This document shows positions 1 through 10,119 of a stretch of DNA of 64,000 nt, one piece after another. The DNA comes from Azolla caroliniana. Its lineage: Eukaryota > Plantae > Polypodiophyta. The notes beneath the pieces are model-generated. The model did not search any database and was not told the DNA's origin. It was given only the letters and a program-made list of their open reading frames with translations. How positions within the stretch are numbered: the stretch's first letter is position 1; each line of letters opens with the position of its first letter. A program made the translations under genes and the position numbers. Location of the stretch: the NCBI GenBank assembly GCA_043228905.1, contig JBHGNT010000022.1:9796001-9860000 (forward strand), written 5' to 3'.

Positions 1-560
1 GAGGCTGCTGGATGGTCACCTTGGCGTAATCGCCGAATTTTGTTGATTGCGGTCCTGATGCTGTCAGTATCTCCGAAACATGCTTTAAACTCACCTAGAA
101 ACTCTTCAAAATTGTTGAGTAACGGAGATTCCTTTTCTAATAGTGGAGCGAACCATGCCAACGCTGAGCCACTTAACAAAGTGCCTACTAAACCCACTTG
201 TGATGCATCGGTGGGATATCAGGAAGGATGCATTTGAATAACTAATCGTACCTGGTTAAGGAACCCTCTAAACTGCGATCGCGTTCCATCGAACTTCGTG
301 GGAAGGCCAATCTTGGGTTCTTTATGAATCCCTTGTGTTCCGGGCCCTTGTTGTTGCATCGCTACGATGGTGGCTTCGAGTTGTTGCACGCGTAACACAA
401 GTTCCCCATGTTGTTGTTACGTTTGCTGCTTTTCTAAGGAGATTTGCTGAAGATCCCCCAGCAACCGTTGGTTTTCTTGTTCCAAAGCATGGAACTTCTC
501 TTTCAAGCATTGAAATTCCGAGAAAACAGATTGATATTCTTCAGCGCTAACAGTGGCCAT
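1..560 (-). pseudogene. gag: Retrotransposon gag, disabled
   Basis: ATG at 560 gives MATVSAEEYQSVF...ALEQENQRLLGDLQQ...EPKIGLPTKFDGTRSQFRGFLNQVRLVIQMHP, with at least two in-frame stops (TAA near 417, TGA near 220). Confidence 0.9.
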
Positions 561-987
561 GGGATGAAAGAAAAGAGGAATAAGAGATTAGTAGGAAATG
601 AGAGAGATAGAAGGTAAGGAAAATCGGTTCAAACTGTTAGGAACAGTACTAAGACAGAGAAGGAATTAATACTAAAAGAAGTATTAGTACTAAGAGAGGT
701 GAAGAACTCTCGAGAGAAGGAAAGAGTGAGTGAGAGAGAGGGAGAGAGAGATCGAGAGAGAGAGAGAGTGATGATAAGAAACGATATATATTATGTGAAG
801 AAAATGTACAGTAGCTAGGAGGCTTAAGACTGGCGTTGAACCGATTTGGTTCGAAATAATGCCTTGTGCCTCCTTTTATAGTGTTCTAAGGAATACTCCT
901 GAAGTTTCTAGAATGTTCCAGAGAAATCTGGAATATATATCAAATTTCTATAATAAAACATTAATGAAAATAATATTCTATGTATTA

Positions 988-1060
988 CAATGTATAGTCT
1001 AATGGTCAAGAGCTCGACTCATGTAGCATAAGGTCATGGGTTCGAGTCTTGCCATATCAT
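988..1060 (+). other. tRNA-derived Pol III promoter module inside an LTR (not a functional tRNA)
   Basis: A-box TAGTCTAATGG 995-1005, variable-loop AGGTC, B-box GGTTCGAGTC 1039-1048; T8-G53 spacing 45 nt; acceptor stem does not pair. Confidence 0.75.
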
Positions 1061-1064
1061 GACA

Positions 1065-2031
1065 CCAGCTATATAAGCAGATTGAGATCCATCATATTTC
1101 ATCTATGTGTTAAGAGCACATAAGAAATAGTTGGACTTGAGCCAGTTTTGTCTAGATGGACATATGTGGCTAAGTCGTCGAACGTGGCTAAGTGCTCAAA
1201 CCGACCGACGATAGAATTGGAAACCGGATGCATCCGGCAACTAGTGACCGAACGTGGATCTGGTGAGGTTTTGGCCAACCAAAACCGGCGGCGGAACCAA
1301 CTACCGGTGATCGGCATTCGGCGACGGATCCGGTGATGAACGGTGACGGAACCGGTTACTCGACATCTGGCATCTGGCATCCGACGACCTCAGGATACGG
1401 ACCAAACTGGCTCGAGATGCGGACCGAACCGGGCCAAACCGAAGGAATGCAAATCGGTCGTGGTGCATGGTGTTTTAAAGATATTTGGTCCAAAAGCCTA
1501 ATAGTATTTTGTGCATAAAAGAAAAAGATGTAAGCAAGACTCGAACTTAACACCTCCAAGATATGAAGCAATAGGCTTACCATTAAGCCAAATAATTTTG
1601 TTAAGGATCATACTTTTATCATTATAGCTTTACATGTAAATTCTCATGTGTGAGAGCTTAGATGAGGACATGGCAAGCATGCATTGCATGCATTTCATGC
1701 ATTCCGTGCATATCTTGCACCCTCACATGCACCATATGCATGGGGGCATCTATAAAAGAGTGGAGGAATCAAGTAAAAGGGGGATTTTTATCAAGCAAGC
1801 TTTTTACTTTATATCAAAATTAATATCAAGAAGAAAAATCGTTCTCCAATTGATGGTGTATCATTTTTCTTAAATCTAAAGTCAAGAGTTCTATCTTATC
1901 TCAATCTCTCTCTCTCTCAATCTATCTTAAATCCTTTCTCGCCAAAGCTAGTGCGTACTTCGAGTCCTTTCGGTCCAGAACCCCGGTGATTCCGCCTCAC
2001 GATCCGCACATAGTAATGGATCTTCACGACA
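1065..2031 (+). mobile_element. Solo LTR-like element, 5' part cut off by the Tcn1-like insertion; same family as 3156-4380 and 38735-39481
   Basis: Ends ...CTTCACGACA followed by CCGG; TATAAAA at 1751; colinear blocks of similarity to the reverse complement of 3156-4010. Confidence 0.75.
1527..1597 (-). other. tRNA-derived Pol III promoter module inside an LTR
   Basis: Minus strand: A-box TGGCTTAATGG (1590-1580), D-stem GCTT/AAGC, B-box AGTTCGAGTCT (1547-1537); spacing 44 nt. Confidence 0.75.
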
Positions 2032-2760
2032 CCGGCAAACCTTGATAATACACCTTTTTGGTGCGATCAACCAAACTGCTGGAACCCCACCCCCTCTATC
2101 TAATGCAATAGCTTGTCCATCGCGCGTAGCAATGACTTTACCTAGTAAAGCCTCAATGCGAGGAAGAACGTTCCTCCACTCCTTCCGCAAACCCGGGAAT
2201 ACTGTCGAAAAAACCATGCTAGTTTCTTGATCTTGTAAAATGTCATCCACCTTAACATTATGCGACCATTTGTGAAAGGAAATCCACGCACCTTCCACAC
2301 CCTCCTCCTTAATCGCGAAAAGCTTGTTGATAGACTCCTCATTTGCCAACTCCACATGGTAACATCCTCTGGACATAAATTGAATGTCAAGGATGTTATC
2401 CATTTCCTCCGAAAAAGCAACATATAAAATATGGAGGAATTCCGATCGATTGGGTCTTGAACCTTGCACCTGCACAACCAGTGAAAATGCTTCCAACCTA
2501 CGTACCTCACCTACCACTGTGATTTTATCCTCTTCTGATAGCACGAGGTCGACTATCTCATCACACAAATGAGGTGATGATTGGGGGGGTGCATTGGGCT
2601 CCCCTATTCGCATGTACAGTCCAATCGTCGATGGCGTTTGTGGTTGTTCTGTAGCCGACCTCCTATTCGTTCCTATCGTGGTTGCTGTAGTGTTCGCGCC
2701 TCCCACATCCTGCTCTGTACTCGTCGATGCCTTATGCATCCTCGCTTCTTCAAAAAACAC
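2032..2760 (-). pseudogene. L1-type LINE ORF1 remnant (DUF4283-like), truncated by the LTR-like insertion
   Basis: Pattern ILDIQFMSRGCYHVEL...WISFHKWSH...VFPGLRKEWRNVLPRIEALLGKVI resembles plant L1 ORF1; the ORF's last codons run into the LTR end. Confidence 0.6.
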
Positions 2761-3155
2761 CCCAATATTCCCCTTATACTACACATGTTGCACCTAACTA
2801 CAAAACCATATTGTTCCCAGAACGGGGAAACCATATACATCAATACATGTTAGAGCCCATCCTGTTATCTGCCATTCAAACCATTGCTTCCATGTGACTT
2901 AACTCACATGCATTGCGATGTGAGATGGGGCGTTGTGGCACAAGTGATGAGAGTGGTCGAGTATGCACACTTTGCCCCAAACAAGTTTCAGAGTTTGAGT
3001 ATCACACTTTGATACAATGTTATGCCTTTGATCATATTCGACCATGCTTTCTAGGGATCGGCAACGGTTCGGTTTAGGCTTAGCCGGTTTGGCCTGATCC
3101 AAGCCAAATTGGCTAAGCCTAAATCGTTTACGGGATCTCAAACCTGAGCCGAGCC

Positions 3156-4380
3156 TCGTGAAGATCCGTCACTAGGCGCGGATCGCGAGGCGGAACCGCC
3201 GGGGTTCTGGACCGGAAGGATTCGAAGTCGGTACAAGCTTAGCGAGGAAGTATTTAGGATAGATTGGGAAAGAGAGAAGTTGAGATTAAGATTAAACGCT
3301 TGACTTAGATTGAGAAAGATTGATATGGCCAAGAGACGAGAAAGTACTTAAGCTAGATTGAAAGAGAGATTAAGATTGAACTCTTGATTTTAGATTTTAA
3401 GAGACAAGTTACACCATCAATTCGATAACGAATTCTCTTCTTCTTAATTTCATAACCAAAAAAAGCCTAACTCTTCTTCTTTTTCATCCCTTCTTTTATA
3501 GATGCTCTCATGCATATAATGCATGTGAGGGTACAAGACATGCATAAAATGCATGTTTGCCATTTGGCGCTCATGTATTACATGTGGTGCATGATAACCA
3601 TGTCACTCATTTTAGCTCTCATGTATGAGAATTTACATGTAAAAGTACAATGATAGAAATATAAATTCAACTAAATGTCATGGCTTAGTGGTAAGCTAAT
3701 TGACTCTTAACTTGGAGGTGCAAGGTTCGAATCCTTACTTGCCCTCCTTGTATATATATGTATATATATGTGTGTATATATATTTATATATTTATTTATC
3801 TAGTCGTCGGACGCCGGTTCGCCGGATGTCGTCGCCTCGCCAACGTCGGATGCCGCCTCGCCAGATGTCGTCGTCTCACTGGCGCCGGATGTCGTCGGAT
3901 GCCCGTGCGCCGGATCACCGGTTGCCGGTGTGCCACCGTCGCTTTGCCGATTGTCGCCGGATCACCGGGTCCATCGCCAGTCCAGTTTTGGTTGGCCAAA
4001 AACCTTTACGAGTAGCTAGCCCACCTCCACTCTTAGTTCAAGTTACCTTGAACTCTCTATGCTCCACACATAGACACAAAGATAATAGCTTTTGCTCTAC
4101 TTTATATATGATGAGAGCTGTATTTGTCGTGCCTATGTGGGACATCTCATAGTTTTCTCTTTTCCTTTCACAAACTTTATACCCTCATATCTTGACATTT
4201 AGTTGTGCATTTCTCGTGTAATAAAGTGCATTTTAAAGCTCTTGAAGACCTCCATCATTTTATACTTAGATATTAAACTTATTTAAAATGTTATCTTCAC
4301 TATTATTGTTTTATGTGATTCATACTCGATTTTGTACGTTTTATGTGATTTTCACACTATTGCCGAAAATATTCACGACA
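3156..4380 (-). mobile_element. Solo LTR-like element nested in the hAT element
   Basis: Ends (TG missing)TCGTGAAGATCC...TATTCACGACA followed by CCGG; minus-strand TATAAAA at 3500-3494; the 4380 end resembles the start of the LTRs at 31342 and 35658. Confidence 0.75.
3674..3745 (+). other. tRNA(Lys-CTT)-like module inside an LTR
   Basis: Consensus A-box TGGCTTAGTGG 3681-3691, D-stem GCTT/AAGC, loop CTCTTAA, T-arm AAGG-TTCGAAT-CCTT with consensus B-box 3724-3734; acceptor stem lost. Confidence 0.8.
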
Positions 4381-4527
4381 CCGGTTTGGTAAACGGCTTG
4401 GAAACCGGTTTAGAAACCTCCCTCTCTCTCTCAGATGATCCACTATATACTATATACTATATACTATATACTATATGGTATACATTGTACAAGCTCTCCC
4501 TCCCACTCTCTCTCATGTTTGTGGTCT

Positions 4528-4529
<2 letters not shown>

Positions 4530-4562
<33 letters not shown>

Positions 4563-4864
4563 GTCTGTGTAGTTCTCCCTCACTCACTCTCTCTCACGTC
4601 TGTGTAGTTCTCCCTCACTCACTCTCTCTCACGTCTGAGTAGTTCTCCCTCACTCACTCTCTCTCACGTCTGTGTAGTTCTCCCTCACTCACTCTCTCTC
4701 ACGTCTGTGAGTTCTTCCTCACTCACTCTCTCTCACGTCTATGGTCTCGACTCTCTCTCTCTCTCTCTCTCCTTATATGTTGTCTCCCTCCCTCTCTCTC
4801 TCTCTCCTCGTCTGTGTAGTTCTCCCTCACTCACTCACTCTCTCTCCCATCGTCTATTTAGTCT

Positions 4865-4917
<53 letters not shown>

Positions 4918-4947
4918 CTTGTCTGTTGTCTCTCTCCCCCTCTCTCT
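4530..4947. repeat. CT-rich region with about five 35-bp tandem units and (CT)n tracts inside the hAT element
   Basis: Unit CGTCTGTGTAGTTCTCCCTCACTCACTCTCTCTCA recurs from 4562 at 35-bp period. Confidence 0.85.
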
Positions 4948-5312
4948 AAAGTTTATAAACGGCTTAAACGGTTTAGCCGGCTTAGCCGGCTTGAGCCGGT
5001 TTGGCAAGGCTCAAGCCGAGTTGAGCCGAGCTCACACCGTTAAGGCAAGTTCAAGCTTGAGTCGAGCCGAGCCAAGCCGCTAAGCTGCTAAGCCATTTTC
5101 AAGTCGGCTAAGCCAAACGGTTTAGGCTTGAGCCGAGCCGTTGCCGATCCCTAATGCTTTCCACACATCTTCGACCAATTCCAATCCTTACACAAATAGA
5201 TTTCCATGTGCTCTCGGGAATAGGCATTGGTTGTAATAAGCCATATGGATGATGTTGAGGTTGTTTTGATCGGCAACATGTATCGCAACTACGAACATAA
5301 TCCATAACAAAA

Positions 5313-8300
5313 TGTTAGGATTTTGGTCCCTCCGGATAGGATATGAGTACCCGACAATGGAAGACCCGGTGAGAACCGGATGATGTGTACCCGGCAAGGA
5401 AGACCCGGTGAGAACCGGATGATCTGTACCCGGCAAGGAAGACCCGGTGAGAACCGGATGATGTAGGCCCGGTGAGAACCTCTCACCGAATGAAGGGACA
5501 TATATGTAAATATGTTTCTTTCAGCCCATTGTGGCTATATTTGTAAATAGCCCAAAAGTCATATTAGTATAAATATAACCTAGGGCAAATAGATCAAATG
5601 TGAAGAGTGTTGTTGCATATTGGTGTAACTATTGTACAGAGTGTAACAGAGAGAGAGAGAGAGAGACCTTGAACAGTCTCTGTTGTAACCGCCTGTTGGT
5701 GAAGATTGAGAGCACGAGGTCGTTGCCTCTATGACTTATTACTGTAATCTTTACATAGTGATAGTTTGGTGTCTGTGGGCTCTCGTGGTTTTTCCCGTTT
5801 AGGGTTTTTCACGTAAACCTCTTGTGTACTCTCTTTTTGGGTGTACATGTATTCATCTCTATCTCATTTCTGTGTTTGATCCTTAAACGAAGTGATTCAA
5901 GACTCGGTTGTGGCCAAGCAATATTCTACATTATTCTCTTCAATCGGGTATTAGAGCAAACAACACATGAAATGGAAGAACCGTTTGGCGGCATGTTCAA
6001 GCTCACCGGCTCCAACTAGTCAGTGTGGAAGTCGAAGATGAGGGACATGCTGGTGGTTAAAGATCTTTGGTTGCCGGTTCAGTTTGGGGACAAGAGACCG
6101 GATAAGATCGACGCCACGGTGTGGGAGGTGATGCACATGAAGATGACGGCATACATCCGGTGTTTCATCGACATGAGCTTGTACAACAACTTCAATGAAG
6201 AGAGCAAGGCTCATGAACTCTGGGAGAAGATCGGCATTATGTTCCAAAACAAAAATGCTGTTAATCGGGTTTCGGTATTCCGGAAGCTAGTGAGGCTCCG
6301 ATACCAAGATGGCTCCAGTATGTGCGGAGCATATGAATGCCTTCTAGGGACTGATCCATAACGCAACCTCGTTGGAGGTACCTCTCGCCAATGAGGTACG
6401 TGCTCTACTCCTGCTCGGTTCCCTCCCAGATAGCTGGGAGACATTAGTTGTCACGTTGCGCAACGCCTGGCCGGAAGGAAAACAACTATCCCTAGCAAGG
6501 GTCAAGTCGAGCTTGCTAGATGAGGAGGCGCGTCGGAAAGACAAGGAGGTAATCTCCGACACCAAAGCCCTCCTTACCGAATTGGAACGTGGAAGACAAA
6601 GGAATCGGAGTCCCCAGAACCGGGAAAAGTCGGGGACACGGTCAAAGTCAAGGGGGAGGCCCACTTGATTCTATTGTGGCAAGCCGGGGCACTTCCAGAA
6701 GAACTGTCGGCATTTCCAGAAAGACAAGGGAACCGATAGTATCGATTCGAAGAAGTCACCGGACCGAATCGGTTCGGATCCGCGAGATCCGGACCGGAAG
6801 GGAACGGCGGCGATCACAGCAAGTGAAGAAGAACTAATGCTCATCACCGAGGAGAGAGAGTTGAACCTTGCCGTCAACGAGACAATGTGGGTTGTTGATT
6901 CCGGAGTGTCGTTCCACCTTACCCCAGATCGGAAATGCTTTTCATCCTACACAGCCGGTGAGCACGGCTGTGTCCGGATGGGGAATGAAGGGACATGACG
7001 AATTATCGGCATAGGAGATGTGTTGTGGATGACATCAACCGGATGCAAGTTGCTATTGAAGGATGTCCGACACGTTCCGGAGGTTCGACTGAACCTAATA
7101 TCAGCTGGTCGGCTAGACGATGAAGGCTACATGGGTAGTATCCAAAATGGAGTCATGAAGTTTAGTAAAGGGAGCCTAATAGTGGCTCAGGCCCGGAAAG
7201 TCAACACATTGTACCTAATGAATGCCCAGTTATGCCGGGAAGAAGTGAATGTTGCATCCGACATTGCCGGTGAGCTATGGCACAAGAGACTGTGTCACAT
7301 GAGCGAGAAGGGGATGAAGAGGCTTGCCGATGACAACCTCATTCCAATGAAAGACATGCATCTTGAGAAGTGCAACGACTACCTGGCCGGTAAGCAAAAC
7401 CGGACCTCCTTCTGCTCAAGGCCACCGATGAGACGTAATGCACCACTGGAGTTGGTGCATACCGATGTGTGTCAAGTGGACACGAAGTCACATGCCAGAT
7501 CGCATTACTTCGTGACGTTCATAGACGACCACAACCGGAAGTTGTGGGCCACGCTGTTGAAGACCAAGTGTGGGACCCCGTCGACAAGAAGGTGTTTCGG
7601 AGTCGAGATATTATCTTCATGGAGGACAAGACCCTTGCCGACTTGGAGTCGGAGAAGAAGATAATGAACTCCGAGTCGACTAGTAAGGATCGGTTCGATG
7701 AGATGCAAACCCAACCGACAAAGAGCCAATTAACACTCGAAGAACTAGCTGGTTACGGAGAGGACACCGAACAGGCAGAAGAAGTAGGAACCGGAACCGG
7801 CCAAGATCCCGAATCGGATTCGGATGAAGAACAAACAGAGGAGCCGGTTGCCCGAAACCAAAGACGCAGATATCCTCTCAGAGAGAGAAGGCCCCCCTAG
7901 AGATTTCCGGACCCAGAGCATGTACTTCTAACCGATCAGGGGGAGCCGGAAAACTTCGAAGAAGCTAAGAGAGACACCCACACCCGCAAGTGGTTGAGTG
8001 CCATGCAGGACGAGTTGGATTCCCTGCATGAGAACCACACGTATGTATTGGTGGAGTTGCCGAAAGGAAAGAGGGCACTCCGAAACAAGTGGGTGTACAA
8101 GCTGAAACCGGGAGATGCCGGCAACCCCCCAAGATACAAAGCCAACATCGTGGTGAAGGGATTCTAGCAGAAGAAGGGCATGGACTTCGACGAGATATTT
8201 ACCCCGGTAGTAAAGATGACTTCCATCCGGATGGTGTTGAGCATAGTGGCAAGCATGGACCTCGAGGTAGAGCAGTTAGACGTGAAGACAATGTTCCTCC

Positions 8301-10119
8301 ACAACGACCTCGAAGAGGAGATCTACATGTAGCAACCAGAGGGATTTGTGAAGAAAGGGAAGGAGCACCTGGTTTGCCGATTGAAGAAGAGCCTCTACGG
8401 TTTGAAGCAGGCTCCCTGGCAATGGTACCGGAAGTTTGACTCCTTCATGACGGATCAAGGATACCACAAGACGCAGGCCGATCACTGAGTGTTTGTGAAG
8501 AAGTTTGAAGGTGGAGACTTCCTAATACTCCTCCTGTACGTGGACGACATGTTGATCGTCGGACGAGACCAAGTCAAGATACGGACACTGAAGAAGGATC
8601 TGAACCGGACCTTCTCAATGAAAGACTTGGGTCCGGCAAGAGAGATACTGGGGATGCATATCATCCGAGACCGGTCATAGAAGCAATTGTGGCTGTCACA
8701 GGAGAAGTACGTGACAAAGGTGCTTTAGCGGTTCAACATGTCAGATGCGAAACTGGTTGGATCGACACTCCCGGAAAATTGCAGGTTATCCGGTAAGCAA
8801 AGCCCGAAGACGAAGGCCGAGAAGGCGGATATGATGAAGATACCATATGCCTCTGCCGTCGGAAGCTTAATGTACGCAATGGTGTGTACCCGATCAGATA
8901 TCAGATATGTAGTCGGAGTGGTGAGCCGGTTTATGAGCAATCCCGGCAAGGAGCACTGGAATGCGGTAAAATGGATACTCTGATACTTGAAAGGCACCTC
9001 ATGTGTCTCCGATTCGGCTCTGGTAAACCCCAACTTGACGGTTTCACCGATTCGGATATGTCGGCTGATGCGGATACCAACCGCTCAACATCGGGATATG
9101 TCATGACATATGCAGGGGGAGCTACTTCGTGGCAGTCGAGGTTGCAAAAGATGGTTGCATTGTCAACCACAAAGGCGGAGTACATGGCAGTTGTGGAAGC
9201 CGGAAAGGAAATACTGTGGATGAAGGACTTCATCGGAGAGCTAGGGATCCGGCAAGAGGAATAACGGCTCTACTGCGACAGTCAGAGTGTCATCCACCTT
9301 GCAAAGAACGATGGGCCTATCATTTTAGGACAAAGCACATCCAACGCAGGTACCACTAGATCCGTGAGCGAGTTGAAGATCGAGAGTTCGTGTTGATGAA
9401 GATCCACACGGAGGACAACGGGTTGGATATGCTGACCAAAGTGCTGACACCCGACAAGCTAGATGCATGCAGGAAGAGGATCGGATTGACGAGGCATCCC
9501 ATGCTAGAGTGAAGGGGGAGTTTGTTAGGATTTTGGTCCCTTCGGATGGGATATGAGTACCTGGCAACGGAAGACCCGGTGCGAATCGGATGATGTGTAC
9601 CCGGCAAGGAAGACCCCGTGAGAACCATATGACGCAGGCCCGGTGAGAACCTCTCACCAGATGAAGGGACATATATGTAAATATGTTTCTTTCAGCCCAT
9701 TGTGGCTATATTTGTAAATAGCCCGAAAGTCATATTAGTATAAATATGACCTAGGGAAAATAGATCAAATGTGAAGAGTGTTGTTGCATATTGGTTTAAT
9801 TACTGTACAGAGCGTAACAAAGAGAGAAAGAGAGCTTGAACAGTCTCTGTTGTAACCGCCTGTTGGCGAAGATTGAGAGCACGAGGTTGTTGCCTCTGTG
9901 ACTTATTACTGTAATCTTTACATAGTGATAGTTTGGAGTTTGTGGGCTCCCGTGGTTTTTCCTGTTTAGGGTTTTCCACGTAAACATATTGTGTACTCTC
10001 TTTCAGTGTTTTGTGTATACGAACATTTATCTCCACATTCCCATTACTGTGATTGTAATTCTCAACGAAGTGATTGAAGACTTGGTTGTGGTTGAGCATT
10101 ATTCCGCATATTCTCTACA
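5313..10119 (+). mobile_element. Ty1/Copia LTR retrotransposon (Tnt1-like), decayed, both LTRs present
   Basis: LTRs 5313-5942 and 9523-10119 (TG...CA); TSD CAAAA; degenerate Met-i PBS GGTATTAGAGC near 5947; PPT AGAGTGAAGGGGGAG 9506-9520. Confidence 0.95.
5972..9510 (+). pseudogene. Copia gag-pol polyprotein, disabled
   Basis: Gag LLLLGSLPDSWE, zinc knuckle, protease WVVDSG, GAG-pre-integrase LWHKRLCH, integrase LELVHTDVC, RT LLLYVDDML, RNase H SDMSADADTNRSTSGY; many stops and frameshifts; most of the integrase core is deleted near 7566. Confidence 0.93.

Larger units (their letters stand above)
1..1064 (-). mobile_element. Tcn1-like Gypsy chromovirus, 5' part (5' LTR 635-1064, self-priming PBS 621-634, decayed gag); runs off the window start
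   Basis: LTR TGTTAGGA...TCATGACA with the same layout as the 22678 element LTR. The gag translation is clearly homologous to 26851-27978. Confidence 0.9.
3052..5153. mobile_element. Non-autonomous hAT DNA transposon
   Basis: TIRs TAGGGATCGGCAACGG / CCGTTGCCGATCCCTA; perfect 8-bp TSD ATGCTTTC (3044-3051, 5154-5161); AGCCG/AACCG subterminal repeats; no transposase. Confidence 0.92.
2845..5197 (+). mobile_element. 3' fragment of RTE/RTEX-like LINE (about 2845-3051 and 5154-5197), split by the hAT element
   Basis: Colinear with 38063-38310 (CATGTTAGAGCCCATCC...GACCATGCTTTC|CACA...CAATCCTT.CACAAAT). Confidence 0.85.

Noticed and set aside
3674-3745. Functional tRNA-Lys gene (and likewise the other tRNA-like segments)
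   Set aside because: Acceptor and anticodon stems do not pair and all copies lie inside LTRs; reported as tRNA-derived modules instead.
1065-4380. One large foldback or DIRS-like element formed by the inverted 1065-2031 and 3156-4380 segments
   Set aside because: The second copy is nested in a hAT element with its own TSD and the copies are diverged, so they are independent insertions.
4561-4740. CRISPR-like array (also the 33-bp LTR repeats and the 34-kb repeats)
   Set aside because: Head-to-tail tandem units without unique spacers, in eukaryotic transposons, with no cas genes.
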